The notes below the pieces were generated by a model. The model ran no database searches and had not been told where the DNA came from. It saw only the letters and a program-made list of their open reading frames with translations. Shown piece by piece: positions 56,468 to 64,000 of a DNA stretch of 64,000 nucleotides (position 1 is its first letter; each line of letters begins with the position of its first letter). A program made the translations under genes and the position numbers. Origin of the DNA: Longimicrobiales bacterium (GTDB taxonomy: Bacteria > Gemmatimonadota > Gemmatimonadetes > Longimicrobiales > Gaopeijiaceae); the NCBI GenBank assembly GCA_965202985.1, contig CBDBCF010000002.1:128001-192000 (forward strand), read 5' to 3'.

Positions 56468-58050
56468 CACATCCCCCATACCGCGATCTTGGCCCCGCTC
56501 TCGACAGTTCGGACGTCGCGGAAGACCTTCTCGTCCCAGCTGCGCTCGTCGCTGCGGTCGAAGACGACCAAGTGCCCAGCCTCGGCCCCGCATCGGTCCA
56601 TGTAGGCCGCCGTCTGCTCCACGCCCTCGGCCACGGTGCGATCCCGGCTCCGGCGCTCGTGGCGAACCTTGCATTCGACCACGTGCTTGCCCGTGCCCTC
56701 GCCCTGCGGCCAGACAACAAGCAAGTCCGTGCGACCCGTCCCCAGCGCATACTCCCGCTCGATACGCCCGCCGCTGTTGACGACCCGCTGCAGGAACGCC
56801 TGCAAGAGCAGTTGCGGTCCGGCCTCCTTGAAGCCGTAGCGCTCGACCCAATGCTCCGAGTGCTCCCGGTAGAACTCCTGGAACGCTTCGAGCAGCTTGC
56901 CCAACAGCAGTGCGCCGGAGGCGTCCACGTACCAAGTCGGATCGTGGGGCAAGTCGTCCTGGGCCAGCCAAGTCAGCTCGCGGGGCACGACTTCGGCGTA
57001 GATCGGGTTCGCCATGCGGATCGGCGGGTCGCGGGCGATCAGGCCGAGGTCGCGGACGTACTCCACGTCCCGCTCGGTGTAGGACGACTCGCAGGCATTG
57101 GTCAGGATCGGTTCGATCACCCGCCATACGCGGTCTTCGCGCAGCTTGTCGGCGAGCTGGTCCAAGTGCGTGTCGCGACGGAGGATCAGCGCTTCTTGCG
57201 CCTTCACCATGTCCGCCTGGGTCACGGAGCGGGAACGGTCTTTGGCCAGCGCGCCCCGGAAGCAGGTCTCGTAGGCCAGCGCGTTGACGAGCCACGGCTG
57301 GCCCTGCGTCCGGGTCCAGATCGCGTCCAACGCACCGTCGGTGAACGGCTGGCCGGTCTCGGCGGCGTGCTGCCCCAGCAGGTCGCGCACGTCGTCCTTG
57401 GAGAAGTCGCCCAAGCGCAAGGACTCGGCCTTGACGTTGAAGGCACTGCCGCCGGCAACCATCGTCTTCGCCGAGCCGGAGTGGATGCGGTAGTCGCGCA
57501 CGTCCCGCACGCCGCACAAGATCACGCTCTGGGGAAACCCCGCAGGTCGCAGGTGGTGGCCTGCCCGGAGTTGCCGCAACACCGCCAAGAGCGAGTCGCC
57601 CACCAGCGCGTCGATCTCGTCGACGAGCAGGACCAGCGGTTTGTCGCCATTCCTCGCCCAGCGAGTCAGCGCCACCCGCAATGCGCTGTGTCCGCCGCTC
57701 TTGGTGAGCACGGCGGCCCACGTATCGGCAAGGAAGCTGTTTTCCAGCGTGTAGTGGGCGGCTTCGGCCAGCTCGCTGAGGACGGTGCGAACCGCTGCTT
57801 CCACGTCTTCGCGGGCCGTTGTCGCGCCTTCGACGTTGACGTAGACGCAATCGTAGCGGCCCTCGGAGTTCATTAGATCCCGGAGGGCGAGGAGCGTGGA
57901 TGTCTTCCCCGTCTGCCGGGGCGCGTGGAGCACGAAGTACTGCTGTGCGTCGATCAGCTCTCGGACTTCGGCAAGGTCGATTCGGTCAAGCGGCGGAACG
58001 CAGTAGTGGTCTCGCTCCACTACAGGACCAGACCTGTTGAACCGGCGCAT
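56467..58050 (-). CDS. AAA-like ATPase with C-terminal PD-(D/E)XK nuclease domain, copy 1
   Basis: MRRFNRSGP, HAPRQTGKTS, LLVDEID, GRTDLLV...VVECK. Confidence 0.88.
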   Translation of the reverse strand: MRRFNRSGPVVERDHYCVPPLDRIDLAEVRELIDAQQYFVLHAPRQTGKTSTLLALRDLMNSEGRYDCVYVNVEGATTAREDVEAAVRTVLSELAEAAHYTLENSFLADTWAAVLTKSGGHSALRVALTRWARNGDKPLVLLVDEIDALVGDSLLAVLRQLRAGHHLRPAGFPQSVILCGVRDVRDYRIHSGSAKTMVAGGSAFNVKAESLRLGDFSKDDVRDLLGQHAAETGQPFTDGALDAIWTRTQGQPWLVNALAYETCFRGALAKDRSRSVTQADMVKAQEALILRRDTHLDQLADKLREDRVWRVIEPILTNACESSYTERDVEYVRDLGLIARDPPIRMANPIYAEVVPRELTWLAQDDLPHDPTWYVDASGALLLGKLLEAFQEFYREHSEHWVERYGFKEAGPQLLLQAFLQRVVNSGGRIEREYALGTGRTDLLVVWPQGEGTGKHVVECKVRHERRSRDRTVAEGVEQTAAYMDRCGAEAGHLVVFDRSDERSWDEKVFRDVRTVESGAKIAVWGM

Positions 58051-58052
58051 TC

Positions 58053-58166
58053 CTAAACGTACCACAGGACTTCCGAGAGCTCGACCACCACCTTCAGGCG
58101 CTCGAGCGGGGGAATGCAGTAGTGGTCCTCCGGCACTACCGGACCGGACGTGTTGAAGTAGCGCAT
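58053..58166 (-). pseudogene. 37-aa N-terminal stub of a fourth AAA-ATPase paralogue
   Basis: MRYFNTSGPVVPEDHYCIPPLERL...ELSEVL matches MRRFNRSGPVVERDHYCVPPLDRIDLAEV of copy 1. Confidence 0.75.
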
Positions 58167-58225
58167 GGAAGGCAAGGTTTCACGCACGAACGGTTCTCGG
58201 CAATTCGCGGGCCTGCGCGACGCGC

Positions 58226-59068
58226 TCACCGCCCTTGGAACGCTGGCCGCCGCTTCTCCACGAAGGCTCGCACGCCTTCTCGGCCGTCCTCCGAGGCGAA
58301 CGCTTCCAGGAAGAGTTCCTTCTCCAGGGCAAGGCCGGCGGACAGCGGGCGTTCCCATGCGGCCCGCACCGCCTGCTTGGCCAAGCGCAACGCCACGGGA
58401 CTCCATCGCACCATGCGGGCGGCCAGCTCCCGGGCCTTCTCCAGATGCTGGCCCTCTTCCACCAGAAACTCGACGAGGCCGATCCGGTGGGCTTCGGCGG
58501 CGTCCACCAAGTCGCCGCAAAGGGCCATGCGCATGGCTTGGCCGGGACCCGTCAGGCGGGCCAGCCGCTGGGTGCCCCCGGCGCCGGGGATCAGGCCCAG
58601 GCGGATCTCGAACTGGCCGAAGCGAGCGGTGGCGTCGGCCACGCGGATGTCGCACGCCAGGGCGAGTTCGTTGCCGCCGCCTATGCAGAAGCCGTGGATC
58701 GCGCAGATCGCGGGCTTGGGGAACTCGGCCAGAGCGTCGTAGACGCGCCGCTCCTTGTACAGTTCACGCTGCTGGGCGGCCGTGCGGGCCGCGAATTCGG
58801 CCACGTCGGCGCCCGCCACGAACGCCTTGTCGCCGGCGCCGTGGAGGATCGCGACCTTCACCCGGTCGTCGTCGGCCAAGGCGTCGAACGCCTGCGACAG
58901 CTGCCGTCGCACAGTGTCGTTCAGGGCGTTGAGCTTGTCCTGCCGGTCGATCGTCACTTCAGCTACGGAGCCGCGCACGGACACGCGCACGCTCCGGCTG
59001 TCAGCGGACTCCTGGCCCGCGTTGCTGGACTCCCCGCCCGCGTTCGCCGATTTCTCGCGGTCGCTCAC
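58226..59068 (-). CDS. Enoyl-CoA hydratase/isomerase (PaaF-like)
   Basis: KLNALN, AFVAGADV, GFCIGGGNELALACD, EIRLGLIPGAGGTQRL, AFVEKRRP.F.GR. Confidence 0.92.
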   Translation of the reverse strand: MSDREKSANAGGESSNAGQESADSRSVRVSVRGSVAEVTIDRQDKLNALNDTVRRQLSQAFDALADDDRVKVAILHGAGDKAFVAGADVAEFAARTAAQQRELYKERRVYDALAEFPKPAICAIHGFCIGGGNELALACDIRVADATARFGQFEIRLGLIPGAGGTQRLARLTGPGQAMRMALCGDLVDAAEAHRIGLVEFLVEEGQHLEKARELAARMVRWSPVALRLAKQAVRAAWERPLSAGLALEKELFLEAFASEDGREGVRAFVEKRRPAFQGR

Positions 59069-60000
59069 GACGCATCGCCCCAGTCGTAGAACCCTCGGCC
59101 CGACTTCTTGCCCAGCCGGCCCTCGGCCACCATGCGTTCGAGCAGCGCCGGCGGACGAAACGCCTCCGACCCCAGCTTCTCGTGCAGGTAGCGCGCGATA
59201 TCCAGCCGCACGTCGAGTCCCACCAGGTCCGTGAGGCGCAACGGTCCCATCGGGTGGCGGTACCCCAGGGTCATGGCCTTGTCGATGTCCTCGGGCGACG
59301 CCACCCCCGCCTCCACCATGCGGATCGCCTCCATCCCCAGGACGATCCCCAGCCGCGACGACGCGAAGCCGGGCGAGTCGGCCACGACGACGGGCTCCTT
59401 GCCCAGCCCCCGGACGAAGCCGACCGCCCGCTCTGCGACCTCCGCAGACGTGCGCTCGCCCTTCACGACCTCCACAAGGGCCATGACGTGGACGGGGTTG
59501 AAGAAGTGAAGCCCCAGGAACCGCTCCGGGGCCGGGAGGTCGGCGCCGATCTCGTCGATCGACAGGGACGACGTGTTCGTGGCGAGGATCGCGTCTTGCG
59601 CCGCCAGCCCCGCGACTTGGCCGAGCAGGTCCGCCTTGAGCGACAGGATTTCGGGCACCGCTTCGACGACCAGGTCCGCGCCGTCCACGGCGGCGTCCAA
59701 CATCGGGACCGCCGCCAAGCGACCAAGCGCCCCGGCCCGCACGGAAGCGTCCACCTTCCCCAGGCGCACGCCCTTGTCCAGGTTCGCGGCGACTCGCGCC
59801 ATGGCTGCCTCCAGCGGACCGCTCGCCATGTCGTGCAGGGCCACGAGATGGCCGGCCATCGCCGCCACCTGCGCGATCCCGTGGCCCATCACCCCCGCGC
59901 CGACGACGGCGACCTTGCGGAGCCCCGCACCACCGCCCCCCGCCTCCGCGACCTTGCCGTACCGCGTGCCTTCGCGCTCCCGGCGCTCGCCGGCCGTCAT
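59065..60000 (-). CDS. 3-hydroxyacyl-CoA dehydrogenase (PaaH/Hbd-like)
   Basis: VVGAGVMGHGIA, EAVPE, TNTSSLSI, GLHFFNP, HPMGPL, LGKKSGRGFY. Confidence 0.94.
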   Translation of the reverse strand: MTAGERREREGTRYGKVAEAGGGGAGLRKVAVVGAGVMGHGIAQVAAMAGHLVALHDMASGPLEAAMARVAANLDKGVRLGKVDASVRAGALGRLAAVPMLDAAVDGADLVVEAVPEILSLKADLLGQVAGLAAQDAILATNTSSLSIDEIGADLPAPERFLGLHFFNPVHVMALVEVVKGERTSAEVAERAVGFVRGLGKEPVVVADSPGFASSRLGIVLGMEAIRMVEAGVASPEDIDKAMTLGYRHPMGPLRLTDLVGLDVRLDIARYLHEKLGSEAFRPPALLERMVAEGRLGKKSGRGFYDWGDAS

Positions 60001-61229
60001 CGCCCCTCCACCACGGCCGCAACCCCCTGTCCCACGCCGACGCACATCGCCGCAAGCCCCAGCCCGGCGCCCCGGCGCGTCATCTCGTGCACCAGCGTAA
60101 CCAGAATCCGCGCGCCCGAGCACCCCACCGGGTGCCCCAGCGCGATGGCCCCGCCGTTCACGTTCACCGTCTCGGGGTCGAGGCCGATCTCCCGCACGCA
60201 GGGAACCGCCTGCGCCGCGAACGCCTCGTTGATCTCGGCCAAGTCCAGGTCGCCGGCCTTCGCCCCCGCCCGCTCCAGGCAGGCGCGCGTCGCTGGCACC
60301 GGGCCGATGCCCATGCGTTGGGGCGCCACCCCGGCCACCGCCGTCGCGCGGACGGCGGCCAGCGGCTTCAGTCCCAGCGCCCGCGCCGCCCCGGACTCCA
60401 CCACCAACAGCGCCGCGGCCCCGTCGTTGATCCCGGACGAGTTGCCCGCGGTCACCGTGCCGCCTTCCTCGAACACGGGGCGCAGGCGGGCCAAGGACTC
60501 CGCCGTGGTGCCGGGACGGGGGTGCTCGTCCTTGTCCACCCGGTCCGATCCCGGATCGCCGCCGCTCCTCCGCGCCCGACCCGCCGGCGCTGGCGCCGAC
60601 ACCGGCACGATCTCGGCGTCGAAGCGCCCGGCCTCGACCGCCGCCGCCGCCTTCCGCTGGCTGGCCAGGGCGAAGTCGTCCTGCTCCTGCCTGGACACGC
60701 CGTGCTCGCGGGCCACGAGCTCCGCCGTTCCCCCCAGGCTCATCGTCCACTCGGGCGAGAAGCGCGGGTTCGGAAACCGCCAACCCAGCACCGTGTCGGC
60801 TGTCCGCGGCGTTCCCCGCGCGTAGGCCCGCTCGGGCTTGAGCATCACGTAGGGCGCCCGGCTCATCGACTCGACGCCGCCGGCCACGAACGCCGCCCCC
60901 TCACCCGCCCGGACGGCGTGCGCCGCCGCCGCCACGGCCTGCATCCCCGAGCCGCAAAGCCGGTTCACGGTCTGACCGGGCACCTCCACGGGCACGCCGG
61001 CGCGCAACAGCGCCATCCGGGCCACGTTTCGGTTGTCTTCGCCGGCTTGGTTGGTGCAGCCGAAGATCACGTCGTCCAGCCGGTCCGGGGGCAGGGAAGG
61101 GTTGCGCTCCAACAGCGCCCGAACGCACACCGCCGCTAGGTCGTCGGGCCGCACCGACGCCAACGCGCCCCCGTGGCGGCCGATCGGCGTCCGCACGGCG
61201 TCGACGATCCACGCTTCGCCCCGCGACAT
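59997..61229 (-). CDS. Thiolase (3-oxoadipyl-CoA thiolase PcaF/PaaJ-like)
   Basis: QAGEDNRNVARM, NRLCGSG, NEAFA, GGAIALGHPVG, MCVGVGQG. Confidence 0.94.
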   Translation of the reverse strand: MSRGEAWIVDAVRTPIGRHGGALASVRPDDLAAVCVRALLERNPSLPPDRLDDVIFGCTNQAGEDNRNVARMALLRAGVPVEVPGQTVNRLCGSGMQAVAAAAHAVRAGEGAAFVAGGVESMSRAPYVMLKPERAYARGTPRTADTVLGWRFPNPRFSPEWTMSLGGTAELVAREHGVSRQEQDDFALASQRKAAAAVEAGRFDAEIVPVSAPAPAGRARRSGGDPGSDRVDKDEHPRPGTTAESLARLRPVFEEGGTVTAGNSSGINDGAAALLVVESGAARALGLKPLAAVRATAVAGVAPQRMGIGPVPATRACLERAGAKAGDLDLAEINEAFAAQAVPCVREIGLDPETVNVNGGAIALGHPVGCSGARILVTLVHEMTRRGAGLGLAAMCVGVGQGVAAVVEGR

Positions 61230-61243
61230 CGCGCCCGTGCCCG

Positions 61244-62779
61244 CTACCCGTCCATGGCGACCCAGACGCTCTTCAGCTGCGTGTACTTCTCCAGCGCCGA
61301 ATGGAAGCCCAAGTCGCGTCCGAAGCCGCTCTCCTTGTATCCGCCGAAGGGAGAGGCCGGGGCGTACTGGTTGTATGTGTTGATCCAGACGGTGCCGGCG
61401 TCCACGGCCGCGGCGATGCGATGCGCCTTGCCCACGTCCCGCGTCCACACGCCGGCGGCCAGTCCGTAGCAGGAGTCGTTGGCCTTGGCCACGGCGTCGT
61501 CCACGTCCTCGAAGCGGATCACCGAGGCCACCGGCCCGAAGATCTCTTCGCGGGCGATCGCCATCTCCGGCGCCACCTCGCTGAACACCGTCGCGCCGAC
61601 GAAGTTGCCGCGCCCGTTCACCGTCTGCCGCTCGCCGCCGGCCACCAGCTTGGCGCCGTCGCGTCGCCCGCTCTCGACGTAGCCCATCACGCGCTCCAAC
61701 TGCGCCTCGCTCACGATGGCGCCCAGGCGCGTGGTCGGGTCCATGGGGTCGCCGACCGGGGTTCGCTCCGCCCGCGCCGCCAAGCTCTCCACGAAGCGGT
61801 CGTGGACCGACGCCTCGACCAAAATGCGGCTGCCCGCCGCGCACACTTCGCCCTTGCCGTAGAAGACGCCCGTGGACGCCCCCTTCACGGCTTGGTCCAG
61901 GTCGGCGTCGGCGAAGACGATGTTGGGCGACTTTCCGCCCAGCTCCAGCGACACCTTCTTCAGGGTTGCGGCGGCCTCGCGCATGACGATCCGCCCGGTC
62001 TCCGTGGAGCCGGTGAACGAGATCGCGTCCACGCCGGGATGGCGCACCAGCGCCGCGCCTGCAACCTCGCCGAACCCCGGCGCCACGTTCAGCACGCCCG
62101 GCGGGAAGCCCGCCTCCGCTGCCAGTTCGCCGAAGCGGAGCGCCGTCAGGGGGGTCTCTTCGGCCGGCTTGAGCACCACCGTGTTGCCGCAGGCCAGCGC
62201 GGGTGCCGCCTTCCACGCCGCCATCGACAGGGGGAAGTTCCATGGAACGATCGCCCCCACCACGCCCACCGGCTCGCGCAACGTGTAGTTGAGGAATGGA
62301 CCCGGGACGGGGATCGTGTCGCCCTGCACCTTGTCCGCCAGTCCGGCGTAGTAGCGCAAGGTGAGCGCCGCCGAGGGCACGTCGATCTTTCGCGACTCGA
62401 AGTAGGGCTTGCCGTTGTCCTGCGTCTCCAGGAGCGCAAGTTCGTCCGCGTTGGCGTCCAGCAGGTCGGCCAGCCGCCAGAGCAGGCGGGACCGCTTCTG
62501 GGGTGCCATCCGCCGCCACGCCTTGCCGCCGAACGCCGCTCGGGCGGCCTCCACGGCCAAGTCCACGTCCTCTTCGCGGGCCTCGGCCACGTGGGCCAGC
62601 ACTTCGCCGGTGGCGGGGTTCGTGGTGGCGAAGGTGTTCCCGGCGCGGGCGTCGCGCCATTCGTTCCCGATCCACAGGCGCGTCCGCAGGGCGGCGCTTC
62701 CTTCGCCGGTGGCTGCCTGGGCTCCCCGGGAAGCTGCTGGGCCCCCGCCGGAAGCCGCTTGTGCCGCGGCCGTCGCCAT
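61244..62779 (-). CDS. Aldehyde dehydrogenase
   Basis: PWNFP, FTGSTETG, LELGGKSP, GEVCAAGSR, EEIFGPV, PFGGYKESG. Confidence 0.96.
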   Translation of the reverse strand: MATAAAQAASGGGPAASRGAQAATGEGSAALRTRLWIGNEWRDARAGNTFATTNPATGEVLAHVAEAREEDVDLAVEAARAAFGGKAWRRMAPQKRSRLLWRLADLLDANADELALLETQDNGKPYFESRKIDVPSAALTLRYYAGLADKVQGDTIPVPGPFLNYTLREPVGVVGAIVPWNFPLSMAAWKAAPALACGNTVVLKPAEETPLTALRFGELAAEAGFPPGVLNVAPGFGEVAGAALVRHPGVDAISFTGSTETGRIVMREAAATLKKVSLELGGKSPNIVFADADLDQAVKGASTGVFYGKGEVCAAGSRILVEASVHDRFVESLAARAERTPVGDPMDPTTRLGAIVSEAQLERVMGYVESGRRDGAKLVAGGERQTVNGRGNFVGATVFSEVAPEMAIAREEIFGPVASVIRFEDVDDAVAKANDSCYGLAAGVWTRDVGKAHRIAAAVDAGTVWINTYNQYAPASPFGGYKESGFGRDLGFHSALEKYTQLKSVWVAMDG

Positions 62780-62784
62780 CGGCG

Positions 62785-63594
62785 TCAGCTCCCCTTGAAG
62801 GCGGGCTTCCGTTTCTCCACGTAGGCGTCCAGCCCCTCGCGCGCGTCGCCGCTGGCGAAGAGCTGCTGCTGAAGCTCGCGCTCCAACGCCAGAGCGGTCT
62901 CGAAGGGCACCTCGGCGCCGGTCTGCACGGAGCGCTTGATCGCGCCCACGGCCTTGGACGCCCTGGCCGGCGGACAGAAGCCCCCGGCGTACTCCAGGAC
63001 CCGGGCCATGAAGGCGTCGTGGCTCTCGGTTTCCCAGACTTCGTGGACGATCCCCAGCTCCTTGGCCTCGTCGAAGCCGAAGGTGCGGCCCGTCGCCATG
63101 AGTTCGATGGACTTCGCCTTGCCCACCAGGCGGGCCAGCCGCTGCGTGCCGCCGGTGCCGGGAAGCACGCCCAGGTTGACCTCGGGCAGCCCGGCCTTGG
63201 CGCGCCCCGCCCGCGCGACCCGGATGTCGGCCGCCATCGCCACCTCGAGTCCCCCGCCGACGGTGTGCCCGTTCAGGGCCGCCACCACCAGCTTGGGCGT
63301 GTGCTCCAGCCGGTTGAGCGTCTCGTTGGCGTGAAGGCAGAAGTGGTACTTGAAGCCCGTCGTGACGCGGGCCAGCATCGCGATGTCGGCCCCGGCGCAG
63401 AAGAACTTGTCCCCGGCCCCCGTCACCACGACGACGTGGACCGCGTCGTCGAAGCGCGCCTTCAAGACGGCTTCGTCGAGCTGGCGCATCATCTCGTGGG
63501 TGTAGGTGTTGGCGGGCGGATCGTCCAAGGTCAGGACGGCGACGCCGTCTTGGGTCTCGTAGCGAACCAGAGTCTTGCCGGAGCTGTCGGACAT
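62785..63594 (-). CDS. Enoyl-CoA hydratase/isomerase family protein (possible ring-cleaving lyase)
   Basis: DPPANTY, FFCAGADI, GHTVGGGLE, LPEVNLGVLPGTGGTQRL; alternative start at 63621. Confidence 0.9.
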   Translation of the reverse strand: MSDSSGKTLVRYETQDGVAVLTLDDPPANTYTHEMMRQLDEAVLKARFDDAVHVVVVTGAGDKFFCAGADIAMLARVTTGFKYHFCLHANETLNRLEHTPKLVVAALNGHTVGGGLEVAMAADIRVARAGRAKAGLPEVNLGVLPGTGGTQRLARLVGKAKSIELMATGRTFGFDEAKELGIVHEVWETESHDAFMARVLEYAGGFCPPARASKAVGAIKRSVQTGAEVPFETALALERELQQQLFASGDAREGLDAYVEKRKPAFKGS

Positions 63595-63805
63595 CGGCGG
63601 CCTCGGGGGGTGAAGGTTCATGGCTTGGAAGCGCCCGAAAGATAATGTGAGCGGAGCCGAACGACGCCCGAGTCCGGCGGCGGGTCCGACGACGGTCCGG
63701 CGACGTGGATTGCGACCGGGCGCGGGTTGGGCGGGCGGGGCGCGTCTCTTTGGCGTAGATTGATTTCGGGCGCGGATGCGTAGTTGACCAGAGGAGGTTC
63801 GTCGA

Positions 63806-64000
63806 ATGTTCAGCAAGCGAAAGGGAACGCCGGCCGCCCTGGGCGGAACGCTGGTCGCCCTGGCCTTGGCCCTGGTCGCGCCGGCCGTGGCGGTGGTCGA
63901 CGCCGTGGAGGGCCAGGACGACGCGACGCCGACGGTGGTGCGCGTGCCGGTGGACGGGACGGTGGAGATGGGGCTGGCCCCGTTCATCGAGCGAGCGCTG
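63806..64000 (+). CDS. NfeD-family membrane serine protease, N-terminus (runs off window)
   Basis: GAGGAGG RBS; signal peptide followed by VVRVPVDGTVEMGLAPFIERAL. Confidence 0.7.
   Translation, partial: MFSKRKGTPAALGGTLVALALALVAPAVAVVDAVEGQDDATPTVVRVPVDGTVEMGLAPFIERAL

Larger units (their letters stand above)
53262..58050 (-). repeat. Tandem triplication of a ~1.6-kb gene unit
   Basis: Stops at 53262, 54863 and 56467 (periods 1601 and 1604 nt); long identical nucleotide runs between copies. Confidence 0.95.
31231..58166 (-). other. Defence island with a DISARM class I-related core and nested accessory modules
   Basis: Cluster of SNF2 helicase, N6-MTase, DUF1998 helicase, AAA-nucleases, Schlafen, IetAS-like pair and antitoxins; several visibly A/T-richer segments; no integrase seen. 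Confidence 0.85.

Noticed and set aside
54863..57850. 995-aa ORF suggesting a double-length AAA protein
   Set aside because: The upstream part is an alternative frame of copy 1 with low-complexity Arg/Gly/Pro content; homology begins at 56467
53262..58050. Diversity-generating retroelement as the cause of the variable segment
   Set aside because: No reverse transcriptase in the window; differences are not adenine-restricted and include an indel
63660..63745. Short gtccg(g/a)cg(g/a)cg repeats in the divergent intergenic region as a possible CRISPR or operator array
   Set aside because: Only three degenerate ~12-nt GC-rich units with no spacers; not distinguishable from chance or slippage
1..64000. 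tRNA, rRNA, CRISPR arrays or IS elements
   Set aside because: No T-loop/cloverleaf signature, repeat-spacer array or transposase motif recognised by eye; tRNAscan-SE, Infernal and ISEScan would be needed to exclude them formally

Overview
High-GC bacterial chromosome segment; gene order and protein style suggest Gemmatimonadota (inference, no search run). 1-31.2 kb is mostly housekeeping: nusA-infB-rbfA-truB-ribF-rpsO-pnp, an M16 peptidase, an in-frame alanine dehydrogenase-dUTPase fusion, mreBCD-mrdA-rodA, accD-folC, hisS, proS, lysA, guaA, a GT2, rplU-rpmA, a symporter/chorismate mutase operon and a ComEC-like MBL/DUF3006 pair. 31.2-58.2 kb is a 27-kb defence island, mostly on the minus strand, with no visible integrase. 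In transcription order it has a 37-aa stub plus three tandem AAA-ATPase/PD-(D/E)XK paralogues, a DrmD-like SNF2 helicase, a 1746-aa N6-adenine methyltransferase with an A/T-rich specificity region, and a Schlafen(AlbA_2)-GHKL-TPR protein; these six full-length genes are coupled by overlapping start/stop codons. Next come a nested IetAS-like AAA/S8-protease pair, orphan HicB and Panacea antitoxins, and a 1984-aa DEAH helicase-DUF1998 protein carrying a Vsr-like nuclease and a LexA-like S24 domain. The core is DISARM class I-related (ARMADA-like) but lacks drmC and carries unusual accessory modules. 58.2-63.6 kb is an aromatic/acyl-CoA beta-oxidation operon, followed by the start of an NfeD-like gene. 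No rRNA, tRNA or CRISPR array was found. All family assignments come from motif recognition by eye.
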